Origin: an uncultured Acidimicrobiaceae bacterium
Lineage (GTDB): Bacteria; Actinomycetota; Acidimicrobiia; Acidimicrobiales; CAYSAC01
Length of the DNA: 64,000 nucleotides
Direction: 5' to 3'
Assembly (NCBI GenBank): GCA_964428815.1
Contig: CAYSAC010000001.1
Span: forward strand, 25,349-89,348
Shown: one piece after another, positions 34,199 through 43,018 of the stretch
Layout: every line of letters begins with the position of its first letter
How positions within the stretch are numbered: the stretch's first letter is position 1
The notes under the pieces: generated by a model
Told to the model about the DNA's origin: nothing
What the model saw: the letters and a program-made list of their open reading frames with translations, nothing else
Databases searched by the model: none
Made by a program: the position numbers and the translations under genes

Positions 34199-34936
34199 AT
34201 GATCAGAGTGAAGGCAGCGTTCTTCAGTCTCACGCCACCGGGTCCCTCGGACGACGACGGCAGTTACCTGCAATGGCATCTGCTCGACCACATGCCTGAG
34301 CAGTATCAGCTGGCCGGGATCCAACATGCGCTGCGGTACATCGCGGACGGCCCCTACCTCGACAGCCGCATCGCGGCCAGGGGCGCCCTCGACGATGTCG
34401 GCAACGTCGTGAACTACCTCGTCGGCGACCCGGTGCAGCAGACCCACGACGACTTCATGGAGCTGGGTGGTCGGCTCGCGGAGCTCGGCCGGTTCCCGGA
34501 GAAGCGGCCGTCGCTGCAGCTGCGCATGCCGGCGCTGCTCGGCTGGTACGCCGCGCCCGCCGCACTCGTCTCCGCAGAGGTCGTGCCGTTCCGCCCACAC
34601 CGCGGCATCGTGCTCATCGTGGAGGAACCGGAGGGCGACGATGTCGACGTCGCGTCGTGGTTGCAGTGGCTTCACCAGGAGCACTTCCCCCGCGTGCTCG
34701 CCACGCCCGGAGTCGCCGGCGCCTGGATGTACGGGTCGACCAGCACCTGGAAGCTCCACCCGGCGACCCACGGTGATCCGCAGTACACCACGGTGGTGTA
34801 TCTCGACGACGACCCACTCGATACGACGCGCGCCATGCAGGCCCTCGTCGAGGACCGTTGGCGGTCCGGAGCAGTCCGCCCCGTCTTCGCCGGCCCCCTC
34901 CGCACGATGATCCAGTGGGAGGCGTGGCCAGCCTGA
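34199..34936 (+). CDS. Hypothetical protein with internal two-fold repeat (ferredoxin-like/DABB-type halves inferred)
   Basis: ATG at 34199, 5 nt after GGAGG. Strong coding bias. The two halves align: GSYLQWHLLDHMPEQYQLAGIQHALRY versus ASWLQWLHQEHFPRVLATPGVAGAWMY. Confidence 0.6.
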   Translation: MIRVKAAFFSLTPPGPSDDDGSYLQWHLLDHMPEQYQLAGIQHALRYIADGPYLDSRIAARGALDDVGNVVNYLVGDPVQQTHDDFMELGGRLAELGRFPEKRPSLQLRMPALLGWYAAPAALVSAEVVPFRPHRGIVLIVEEPEGDDVDVASWLQWLHQEHFPRVLATPGVAGAWMYGSTSTWKLHPATHGDPQYTTVVYLDDDPLDTTRAMQALVEDRWRSGAVRPVFAGPLRTMIQWEAWPA

Positions 34937-34953
34937 AACCGGTCCCAGTCACG

Positions 34954-35808
34954 TCACCCGGTGGTGGGCACCTCCGCTAGAGCTTCGAGCTGCTCGAGGT
35001 AGTGCTCCACCGAGTGGTGCACGAATCGTGCCGAGGCGATGGTCGCTCCGGCATTTGCCAGCTCGCCGAGGGCATCGGCGGTCGCCGCCGGGTTCTCGAT
35101 GGGATCGAACGGTGCAGCGGGGCCCAGCACCACATCGAACGTTGACGGCAGCTCGACGCGCTCGAGCCACTCGCGGGCTTGGGCCGGAGAGATGCCGAAC
35201 GGGCACCAGCCCTCGGCGAGTCTCGCTGCTCTGCGCAGCGAGCGCAGCGTTCGGCCACCAACCCAGATGGGAACGCGCTCCTGCACGGCGCAGGGGTCCA
35301 CGACCAGACCCCCGTAGGTGTAGTACTCGCCGGCATAGGACGGCTCGCGCCGAGACAGCGAGGCACGGAGGGCCCGAAGGGCGTCATCGGCGCGCCCGCC
35401 ACGGTCGTCGAACGGCGCTTCCAGGAGGTCGAACTCCTCCTTCAGCGTGCCGACACCGACACCGAGGATCAGACGCCCACCACTCACCAGGTCGAGCGTG
35501 CCATATCGCTTCGCGATCTCCAACGGATGGTGATAGCCGAGAACCAGCACGTTCGTCGCCAACTTGATGCGCTCGGTGCGGGCGGCGACGTAGCCGAAAG
35601 TGGCGAGGGGATCCCAATACCGTGACCCCCGCCGCACGGCTTCGGTTGCGGGCACACCGATGTGCTCGCTGCAGGTGAGGTGGTGGTAGCCGAGCCGGTC
35701 GGCCGTCTCGGCGATCCGTGCCACGTCCTCGATCGTCCCGGACTCCTCCCATCGGGCGTGGGCTCCCGGGAGCACGGTCACAACGGGCGTGCCGACCGCT
35801 AGTTTCAT
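34954..35808 (-). CDS. LLM-class F420-dependent oxidoreductase (Rv2161c-like subgroup)
   Basis: LGYHHLTCSEHIG, VSGGRLILGVGVG and IWVGGRT motifs. ATGA overlap with the ABM gene stop. Confidence 0.85.
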   Translation of the reverse strand: MKLAVGTPVVTVLPGAHARWEESGTIEDVARIAETADRLGYHHLTCSEHIGVPATEAVRRGSRYWDPLATFGYVAARTERIKLATNVLVLGYHHPLEIAKRYGTLDLVSGGRLILGVGVGTLKEEFDLLEAPFDDRGGRADDALRALRASLSRREPSYAGEYYTYGGLVVDPCAVQERVPIWVGGRTLRSLRRAARLAEGWCPFGISPAQAREWLERVELPSTFDVVLGPAAPFDPIENPAATADALGELANAGATIASARFVHHSVEHYLEQLEALAEVPTTG

Positions 35809-36149
35809 GTCTCGGGCGCGGCAACCTGCTCAGGAGGACGTTCGCTCACGCTCGACCAGCCGTCGCCAGGCGCCTCGACATGGATGATCTCCGGGACAGC
35901 CGCGAGCCAGCGGGGCATCATCGAGCTCGCCGCCTTGAAGTGGGCTGACTCGACGTGGGCCTTTCCCGCCTCCGCGTCGCGGAAGACCTCGATCAGCACC
36001 CACAGATTGGGATCGTCGGCACTCCGGTACCAATCGAAGGAGATGTTGCCCGGTTCCGCGCGTGTCGACGTCGTGAACTCCTCCACGAGCGACGGCCAGT
36101 CATCCGCGTACTTGGCACGCACCGGTTGCTTGACGATGATGACGATCAT
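35805..36149 (-). CDS. Antibiotic-biosynthesis-monooxygenase (ABM) family protein
   Basis: ATG at 36147-36149, 4 nt after GGAGG. MIVIIVKQPV...GNISFDWYRS..DPNLWVLIEVFRDAEAGKAHVESAHFK is an ABM/DABB pattern. Confidence 0.8.
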   Translation of the reverse strand: MIVIIVKQPVRAKYADDWPSLVEEFTTSTRAEPGNISFDWYRSADDPNLWVLIEVFRDAEAGKAHVESAHFKAASSMMPRWLAAVPEIIHVEAPGDGWSSVSERPPEQVAAPET

Positions 36150-36163
36150 CTGACCTCCGTTGA

Positions 36164-37441
36164 TCAGGCTGGGGTGAACTCCAGGTGCAGCTGGTTCAGG
36201 CCGCGCAGGATGAAGGTGGGCGCGTAGCGGTAGCGGCGGGCGCCGGGGGGACCGTGGTGCTCCTCCGAGATCTTGATGTCGCACGTCCGGTCGAGGATGC
36301 GCTCGAGGCTCACCTTCGCCTCGGCCCGAGCGAGCGGCGCTCCCGGGCACACGTGGATGCCGAGCCCGAACGCGAGGTGGTGGCGGGCGTTCTCTCGATC
36401 GACCTGGAACTCGTTCGGGTTCTCGAACTCCCGCGGGTCACGGTTGGCGGCGCCGTTCACGACCATGACCGTGGTGCCAGGCGGGATGTCGACGCCGCCG
36501 ACCTCCGCGCGCACGCGTGACAGCCGGAAGTCGCCCTTCACCGGGCTCTCCATGCGCAGCGCTTCCTCGATGAAGTTCGGGATCAGGTCGCGCTTGTTGC
36601 GGAGGAGCTCCTGCATCTCTGGGTTCTCGCCCAGCATCTGCAACGCGTAGGCGAGCAGCCGCACCGTCGTCTCCTGGCCCGCGCCGAAGAGGTTCGCAGC
36701 GATCCGTACCACGTCCTGTACGTCTGGCAGCGCGCCGTCAGGGAACGATGCCGTGGCGAGGCCGGTGAGCACGTCGTCGCGGGGCTCGCGCCGGCGCTCC
36801 TCGACGTAACCCGTGAACCGCTCGTAGAGGAACTCGAGCGGCGTGTGCGCCATCGTCCCCTCGCGGGTGCTGCCGACGCCCATGCCCTCGCGGTGGCCGC
36901 CCTGGAGCTCGCGCCGGAACGTCTCGTGCTCCGTCTCGGGCACGCCCAGCAGCTCGGCGACGACCAGGAGCGCGAACGGCCCGGCGAACTCGCGCACGAA
37001 CTCGCACCGGCCGTTGGCGACGAACTCGTCGAGCTGGCGATCGGCCAGCCGCCACATGAAGGCCTCGTTCTCGCGCAGGCGCTTGGGCGTGATGAGCCGC
37101 ATGAGCAGCGCGCGATGCGCGGTGTGCTTCGGCGGGTCGAAGCACGGCAGCTGATCGCTGAACGGCAGCTCGTCGCGATGCTCCTCGATCGTGGCGCTGA
37201 CATCGTCGCCCTCGAGCGGCACCGAGAACCCGGGGAACGGACCGGTCACCGCCGTGGCCGATGAGAACCGCGCCGGGTCGGTGTACACCGCGCGGGCCTC
37301 CTCGTAGCCCGTCACCATCATCACGTCATGGTGCGTCTCACGGCGCACCGGGCACTGCGACCGCAGCCAGTCGAAGTACGGAAAGGGATCCTCGACGAGC
37401 GATTCACCCTTGAAGAAGTCGATCGCGTCGTAGTCGGTCAC
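36164..37441 (-). CDS. Cytochrome P450 (paralog group)
   Basis: GTG start at 37439-37441 overlaps the SnoaL stop (GTGA). FGLGIHVCPGAPLA heme motif, AGQETT, ESPVK. Confidence 0.9.
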   Translation of the reverse strand: MTDYDAIDFFKGESLVEDPFPYFDWLRSQCPVRRETHHDVMMVTGYEEARAVYTDPARFSSATAVTGPFPGFSVPLEGDDVSATIEEHRDELPFSDQLPCFDPPKHTAHRALLMRLITPKRLRENEAFMWRLADRQLDEFVANGRCEFVREFAGPFALLVVAELLGVPETEHETFRRELQGGHREGMGVGSTREGTMAHTPLEFLYERFTGYVEERRREPRDDVLTGLATASFPDGALPDVQDVVRIAANLFGAGQETTVRLLAYALQMLGENPEMQELLRNKRDLIPNFIEEALRMESPVKGDFRLSRVRAEVGGVDIPPGTTVMVVNGAANRDPREFENPNEFQVDRENARHHLAFGLGIHVCPGAPLARAEAKVSLERILDRTCDIKISEEHHGPPGARRYRYAPTFILRGLNQLHLEFTPA

Positions 37442-37863
37442 GCCGTCTCCTGTTCTTGGCTGGCTGGCACGAACTCGGCCGCCCGGTGGTGGATGAGCCA
37501 GGTGCCGTCGTCGTGATGGAACGTGTCGCGGTAGCAGCCCACGAGCTGGATCGCCCAGCCGGTGACGCCCTGCAGGATGAAGACCACGTCGCTGATCGCG
37601 GTGGCCTCGTGGTCGTTCCAGTCGGTGACGAGGGTGTTGACGACGAGATGGCGCTGGGGCCGCTTCGGCTTCCACCCGGAGAAGGCCGTCCGGAGCGCGT
37701 CGTGGCCTGCGTAGGTGCCCATGTCCGGGATCTCGCAGACGCCGTCGGGGCAGAACGTCGCGACGATGTCGTCGGTCCGCCCGTCGTCGAGCGCATGCGC
37801 GTACGCGGCGATGGTGGCGCGTACGCCCTCGACGACCTCCGCGTGCGTCGTCCTCGTGGTCAT
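37438..37863 (-). CDS. SnoaL/NTF2-like fold protein
   Basis: Trimmed to the ATG at 37861-37863. IAAYAHALDDGRTDDIVATFCPDGV...W.I..R is typical of SnoaL_4/NTF2-like proteins. Confidence 0.8.
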   Translation of the reverse strand: MTTRTTHAEVVEGVRATIAAYAHALDDGRTDDIVATFCPDGVCEIPDMGTYAGHDALRTAFSGWKPKRPQRHLVVNTLVTDWNDHEATAISDVVFILQGVTGWAIQLVGCYRDTFHHDDGTWLIHHRAAEFVPASQEQETA

Positions 37864-37906
37864 GTGGCTCGTTCCCCCCGGAGGTCGGCGCCGGAGAACT
37901 ATACTA

Positions 37907-37920
37907 ACCGATCGGTACAA
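37907..37920 (-). promoter_or_regulatory. Box A of the conserved 14-nt motif (TTGTACCGATCGGT on the minus strand)
   Basis: Plus strand reads ACCGATCGGTACAA, and its last base is the A of the BVMO ATG. 43 nt upstream of the SnoaL ATG. Matches the boxes at 48833 and 54038 at 12/14 positions. Confidence 0.5.
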
Positions 37921-39578
37921 TGGCGTTCTCATCTGACCCCGAAACCGTCGATGTTCTGGTCGTCGGCGCAGGCATCACCGGCATCTACCAGTTGTACCGC
38001 GCCCGCGAAGCAGGGTTCTCCGTGAAGCTGCTCGAGGCCGGCGGTGGCGTGGGGGGCACGTGGTACTGGAACCGCTACCCGGGGGCGCGGTTCGATTCGG
38101 AGAGCTACACCTACGCGTACCTGTTCTCGAGAGAGCTGTTCGACGAGTGGGAGTGGCAGGAGCACTTCGCGGAGCAACCAGACACCGAGCGCTACCTCAA
38201 CCATGTCGTCGATCGGTTCGACCTCCGGCGCGACATCCGGTTCGGCGCCAAGGTCGCCTCGGCTTTGTGGGACGAGCAGTCGGGGACGTGGACCGTGGTG
38301 GTCAGCGACGGCACGGAGCTCCGCGCGCGGGTCCTCATCGCCGCGACCGGCGTCTTGTCGGTGCCGTACTTCCCGGACGTGCCGGGACGCGAGGACTTCC
38401 GCGGTGAGTCGTACCACACGGGTCTGTGGCCGGCGACGCCCGTCGAGTTCGCAGAGAAGCGCGTCGCCGTCATCGGTACCGGATCGAGCGGCGTCCAGGT
38501 GATCCCGGCCATCGCCGGCGAGGTCGCCTCCCTGACCGTGTACCAACGGTCGGCCAACTGGTGCACCCCGCTCAACAATCGACCGATCACGCCCGACGAG
38601 CAGGCGTGGCTGCGGGCCGACTTCGACGCGATCTGCGAGACGCTCAACACCTCGCCGGCCGGGTTCCTCCACGTGCCGCACGACCGCGGCACCTTCGACG
38701 ACCCAGCGGAGGAGCGGTCGGCGTTCTTCGAGAAGATGTGGGCCAGCCCCGGCTTCACCAAGCTCACCAGCAACTACACCGACCTGCTGCTCGATCCCGA
38801 CGCGAACGCGGAGTGGTGCGCGTTTCTCGCCGACAAGACGCGGAGCATCGTCGAGGATCGCGAGACCGCCGAGAAGCTGATCCCCAAGGATCACCGCTTC
38901 GGCGAGAAGCGGCCTCCCTTCGTGACCGGCTACTACGAGGTCTTCAACCAGGCCAACGTCGCGCTCGTCGATCTGAAGCAGACGCCGATCCTGCGTGTGA
39001 CCGAGCGCGGGATCGAGACGGCCGAAGGAGTGCGCGAGTTCGACATCGTCGTGTGGGCGACCGGCTTCGACTTCGGCACCGGCGCACTCAACCGCATGGG
39101 GATCCGCGGTCGAGCCGCTCTCGCGCTCGAGGACCACTGGGCGGACGGTCCGACGACGTTCCTCGGCGTCCAGACGACCGGCTTCCCGAACTTCTTCTTC
39201 CCCGGTGGGCCGCACGCTGCAGCCGGCAACAACCCGCGGTACAACGGCGACCAAGTGGACTTCATCACCGAGACGTTCGTCTATGTGCGCGACCACGGCT
39301 ACGACGTCATCGAAGTGGACCCCGCCGCCGAAGACAGGTGGACGACGATGATCGACACCGCGGCGAGGATGCCGCCCTCCTTCGGCGAGAAGAGCTATTA
39401 CTTTGGCACCAACATCCCCGGGAAGCCACGCCGGTACCTGCTGAACGCCGGTGGCCGGCCAAAGCTCCTCAAGGAGATCGCCAGAGTCCGCGCGACCGAC
39501 TACCAGGCGTTCAGACTGTCGCGATCGCCGTCACGGGACAGCCGACCGCACCGGGCAACCGCAACGGGGGTGCAGTGA
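37920..39578 (+). CDS. Baeyer-Villiger (type I flavin-containing) monooxygenase
   Basis: VVGAGITG FAD motif, GGTWYWNRYPGARFD, BVMO fingerprint FRGESYHTGLWP, second Rossmann VIGTGSSG. Confidence 0.9.
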   Translation: MAFSSDPETVDVLVVGAGITGIYQLYRAREAGFSVKLLEAGGGVGGTWYWNRYPGARFDSESYTYAYLFSRELFDEWEWQEHFAEQPDTERYLNHVVDRFDLRRDIRFGAKVASALWDEQSGTWTVVVSDGTELRARVLIAATGVLSVPYFPDVPGREDFRGESYHTGLWPATPVEFAEKRVAVIGTGSSGVQVIPAIAGEVASLTVYQRSANWCTPLNNRPITPDEQAWLRADFDAICETLNTSPAGFLHVPHDRGTFDDPAEERSAFFEKMWASPGFTKLTSNYTDLLLDPDANAEWCAFLADKTRSIVEDRETAEKLIPKDHRFGEKRPPFVTGYYEVFNQANVALVDLKQTPILRVTERGIETAEGVREFDIVVWATGFDFGTGALNRMGIRGRAALALEDHWADGPTTFLGVQTTGFPNFFFPGGPHAAAGNNPRYNGDQVDFITETFVYVRDHGYDVIEVDPAAEDRWTTMIDTAARMPPSFGEKSYYFGTNIPGKPRRYLLNAGGRPKLLKEIARVRATDYQAFRLSRSPSRDSRPHRATATGVQ

Positions 39579-40569
39579 GCAGGAAGCGGCTCCGGTTGTG
39601 CTCGCGCAGCCAGGTTGCGAGCTCGTGCAGGTACCACAGCTCGCCGAGCGGCACGCCGAGCTTGAAGAGGCAGAGGTGATGGATCGGCAGCAACGAGTGC
39701 CGGCTCTCGTCGCGATCTCCGCCGACCATCCCTTCGACCGCGTAGTTGTCCGCGATCAGAGCCGAGATCTGTGACTCGGTGATCCACTCCAGGATGGCCG
39801 GGTCGCGCGCGTCGAGGTACGTGCACATCGTGTGGATCTTCTTTGGATCCGGGTCGCGCCCCCACTCGAGGACCTGCGTGGCGAATCCGGTGTGGAACAA
39901 CACCATGTCGCCGGGCTCCACGACGACGTCGTCCGCGGCCATGACCTCCTCGAGCGTCTTGCGATCGACGCCACGCCACTCGATCCCGAGGTGGTGCGCG
40001 AGGTCGATGAGGACGCCCCGCCCCTGCACTCCGTGGAAGGCCATGTGCTCCAGGCCGAGGTGGTGCGCGAAGGAGACGTGCTCGCTGCCGTCGCCCCGAG
40101 CGTCGGGCTTCGGTCCGACGAGGTCGACCCCGGCGCGATACCCGTTGTAGAAGACGGCCTCCTCGATCCCGTCGCCGTCGGCATCGAACTCGGCACCGGC
40201 GTGAGCAAACGAGTCCCACTGCGTGGAGTACTGCAACCAGAGCGTCACCTTGTCGTCGGCCCACACATCGACGTACTTCGGGTGACCCCACTTCTCCATC
40301 TGGCTCTGGTGGATGTTGAAGAAGGTGTCAGGAGTGCCGTCCATGGCCTCGGTCGGCGTGAGGACTGGCGGGTACCGCCGCTGGTTCAAGGCGGTCCCAC
40401 CGGGATAGTCGAGCGGCAGGCTGAGACAGAAGCTGATGCCGGCCTCGACCTCCCGCACACCTTGGAGGACCTTCTCGGGGGTGAGCAGGTTGATGCGCCC
40501 GAGCTCGTCGTCGTCGCCCCAGTCGCCCCATGTCGACCCGGGCGGGCGTTGCTTCCACCGTTTCGTCAC
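39511..40569 (-). CDS. Cyclase-family (kynurenine-formamidase-like) protein
   Basis: GTG start at 40567-40569, 3 nt after GGAGGAGGA, overlapping the upstream stop (GTGA). LQYSTQWDSFAHAG and GVLIDL resemble cyclase/formamidase motifs. The 3' end overlaps the convergent BVMO by 68 nt. Confidence 0.7.
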   Translation of the reverse strand: MTKRWKQRPPGSTWGDWGDDDELGRINLLTPEKVLQGVREVEAGISFCLSLPLDYPGGTALNQRRYPPVLTPTEAMDGTPDTFFNIHQSQMEKWGHPKYVDVWADDKVTLWLQYSTQWDSFAHAGAEFDADGDGIEEAVFYNGYRAGVDLVGPKPDARGDGSEHVSFAHHLGLEHMAFHGVQGRGVLIDLAHHLGIEWRGVDRKTLEEVMAADDVVVEPGDMVLFHTGFATQVLEWGRDPDPKKIHTMCTYLDARDPAILEWITESQISALIADNYAVEGMVGGDRDESRHSLLPIHHLCLFKLGVPLGELWYLHELATWLREHNRSRFLLTAPPLRLPGAVGCPVTAIATV

Positions 40570-41516
40570 TGGTCCTCCTCCGTTGCGTTCGTTGCAAGAA
40601 GCTCGGGGTAGCACTGCTCGACGAGCATGCGGCACCCTTCGCGCCAGGTGACGTCGCACTGTCCGAGCACCTCGCGTCTGAAGGTGGTGTCGGGCACCAG
40701 CGCGCACCACGTCTTGGACGTGTACTGGAACGACGGCTCCCTGCCGACCAGCTCGCCCAGGTACGTGCAGTAGTCCTCGACGGTGACGACGTCGTCACCG
40801 CACCAGTTGACCACCAAGGGAGGCACGCGGCCCGCTTCCAGCGCGGCGACGCCCAGCCGGGCGCAATCGGGCTCGAAGATCGGTCGCGCGTAGTTGGGCT
40901 TGTCGGGATGCAGCCAGATCGGCTTGCCCTGCACGATGCGGTCGAGCCGGTCCCGCATCGGGCCGCCGTCCACCCCCGACGCGCCGCCCACGCGGATGAT
41001 CGTGGCCGGGATGTCGAGGCTGCGGGAGACGTAGCTGACGACCGCCTCGTTCGCCACCTTGGTGAAGGAGTACGCGCTGGTGGTGTGGATGCCGAACGGA
41101 TGGGACTCGGGCACCGGCGTGTCGCCACCAGGAGGGTCGTACACCGAGATCGTGGAGGCGAAGAGGAAGCCCTTCGCCGGTCGGCAGTGCGCCATCAACC
41201 GCCCGGTCGCGTCGGCATACGGATCGAAGGAGCTCGGCCACCGATCTCTGCCGGAGACGTCGACTCGACCGTCCGCGTTGGGTGTCAGCGGCAGCGCGCT
41301 GTGGAACACGTAGTCGAAGTCGTCGGGTAGATCGTCGAACGAGTCGAACAGGTCGTGCTGGATGCACGTGACGCCCTGCGCCTCCAACGCGGCGCGCGCG
41401 TCGGGTTTCGAGAAGCGAGCCATGGCGAACACGTCGTTGTCCGGCGCCAGCAACCGCAGCGCGGGCGCGCTCACCGGTCCCTGTCCGCCGACGAACAACA
41501 CCTTGTGCCCTTGCAT
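40566..41516 (-). CDS. NAD-dependent epimerase/dehydratase-family protein
   Basis: VLFVGGQGPVS Rossmann motif and SAYSFTK (YxxxK). The 808-aa track ORF was trimmed to the ATG at 41514-41516. Confidence 0.8.
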   Translation of the reverse strand: MQGHKVLFVGGQGPVSAPALRLLAPDNDVFAMARFSKPDARAALEAQGVTCIQHDLFDSFDDLPDDFDYVFHSALPLTPNADGRVDVSGRDRWPSSFDPYADATGRLMAHCRPAKGFLFASTISVYDPPGGDTPVPESHPFGIHTTSAYSFTKVANEAVVSYVSRSLDIPATIIRVGGASGVDGGPMRDRLDRIVQGKPIWLHPDKPNYARPIFEPDCARLGVAALEAGRVPPLVVNWCGDDVVTVEDYCTYLGELVGREPSFQYTSKTWCALVPDTTFRREVLGQCDVTWREGCRMLVEQCYPELLATNATEEDQ

Positions 41517-41530
41517 GCCGGCGTCCGCGC

Positions 41531-42904
41531 TCAGAAGCCGAGGTCGAGGACCGGCTTGTCGAAGGGCGCCACGTTGACCTTCTGGAGCGCCGGCAGCAGT
41601 CGGTCGTAGGACAGGCCGGCGAGGAAGCCGTCGACCGTGCGCTGGAGGTTGGAGATGTGACCCTCGAGCCGTTCGTTCAGCCGCATGTACTCGAAGCCCT
41701 TGGCGTGCAGGCCCTTCTGCTGCCTCGGCAGGTTCGAGAAGTCCTGCGCGGGGATCGGCGGCCAACGCGTGTCGTTGGGCTCCCACACCTCCGGCCGGGT
41801 GGGCGGCGCCGGCTCCTCGCCCGCGGGGAACCGCGCCAGCGACCAGATCTCCATGAGCGTCTCCTCCGGTCCCAACGGCCGGAAGCGGTATGACGACGCG
41901 CTGCTGTACATCGGCAGCACGAAGTAGTGCGGGAAGCACTGGTAGAAGGTGTCGTTGAAGCCGCTGGCGTCGAGCTCGTTGATGTCGGGGATGTCCGCTT
42001 TCCGCTCCTGGTGCCACCGCATGACGGCGTCGTTGAGCGCCCGGTTCCACGTCGAGATCGCCAGCGTCGGGTCGGCGGGCAGCTCCATACCGCGCAACCC
42101 CTCGGCGACGCGCACGTCGTTGGCGTGGACCATCCCGTCCATGCCCTCGCTCATCACCCGCAGGTAGTCGATCTCCGCGTCGATGAACGCACTCCGGTCG
42201 AACGGCGCGCCGGGACGCAACGAGTAGCGCATCCCGGGGATGTCGAGCTGAGGGTGCGTGACCACCACGTGGTACATCTCGACGAACGCCTCGATCGCCA
42301 GCTTCCAGTTCACGGGGAGGCGGGCGGCGTACCAACTCTCGGCCCGCAGCGATTCGACTTTCCACGCGTCGAGGATGGAGGCGGCCGGTTCCATGCACTC
42401 GCGCACGGGCGGGGCGTCGTCGTCGAAGTTGATCCACGCGCACCCGCCCCACACCTCGCAGCGCACCGGAACGAGGTCGACGTCGCCGGGCGCGAGGTTG
42501 TGCTCGGAGAACGACTTCCGGCGCGGGATGGAGGTGTTCTTGCCGTCCAGCCCGTAGCACCAGCCATGGAACGGGCAGGTGAACCCGTTCTCGCACGTCC
42601 CGCGACCTTTCACAAACTGCACGCCACGATGGCGGCAGGCGTTTTGGAACGCCGTCACCCCAAGGTCGTCGGTGCGCACCACGACGACCGACTGATCGAG
42701 GAGCTCGTACTCGGCGAAGTCGCCCGGCTGTGGGATCTCCTCGAGCCGGCACGCCATCTGCCAGACCCGCGACCACATGCGCTCGACCTCGAGCTGGAAG
42801 AAGTCGGGATCGAAGTAGCGCTCTTTGGGAACGCGGTCCGGAAGCTCCGGATCCATCGCATAGGGCACCGTTAGCGCCGACCTCTTCTGGTCCACGATCG
42901 CCAC
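41531..42904 (-). CDS. Rieske (2Fe-2S) non-heme-iron oxygenase, alpha subunit only
   Basis: Rieske motif CRHRGVQF...CPFHGW. Mononuclear-iron region EAFVEMYHVVVTHP. GTG start 6 nt after GGAGG. No beta subunit, ferredoxin or reductase gene adjacent. Confidence 0.9.
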   Translation of the reverse strand: MAIVDQKRSALTVPYAMDPELPDRVPKERYFDPDFFQLEVERMWSRVWQMACRLEEIPQPGDFAEYELLDQSVVVVRTDDLGVTAFQNACRHRGVQFVKGRGTCENGFTCPFHGWCYGLDGKNTSIPRRKSFSEHNLAPGDVDLVPVRCEVWGGCAWINFDDDAPPVRECMEPAASILDAWKVESLRAESWYAARLPVNWKLAIEAFVEMYHVVVTHPQLDIPGMRYSLRPGAPFDRSAFIDAEIDYLRVMSEGMDGMVHANDVRVAEGLRGMELPADPTLAISTWNRALNDAVMRWHQERKADIPDINELDASGFNDTFYQCFPHYFVLPMYSSASSYRFRPLGPEETLMEIWSLARFPAGEEPAPPTRPEVWEPNDTRWPPIPAQDFSNLPRQQKGLHAKGFEYMRLNERLEGHISNLQRTVDGFLAGLSYDRLLPALQKVNVAPFDKPVLDLGF

Positions 42905-43018
42905 GCTGCGCCTCCTTCAGGCTGGAGTGCCTTGATCCTGGAAGGAAGACTAACCTAGCATCGCCACAATGGTTCGCGCCGTGAGAGAACACCGTTTCCG
43001 GATCGGGGAGGTCGCATC

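Noticed and set aside
39520-39578. The C-terminal ~18-aa tail of the BVMO (RSPSRDSRPHRATATGVQ) as a functional extension.
   Set aside because: BVMO homology appears to end near ...DYQAFRLS. The tail has off-frame-like composition and simply runs into the convergent cyclase gene until the first stop. It is retained within the CDS coordinates but not interpreted.
40566-42992. The 808-aa ORF read as one giant protein.
   Set aside because: Only its last 316 aa (epimerase/dehydratase family) look like protein. The upstream part is the off-frame shadow of the Rieske oxygenase gene (41531..42904), which has its own SD and motifs.
42985-42999. KstR-like operator (GAGAACACCGTTTCC) upstream of the amidohydrolase at 43019.
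   Set aside because: The AAC...GTT half-sites are separated by 3 nt, not the 2 nt of the KstR consensus TnnAACnnGTTnnA. The flanks are not symmetric, and there is only a single occurrence. Not enough to call.
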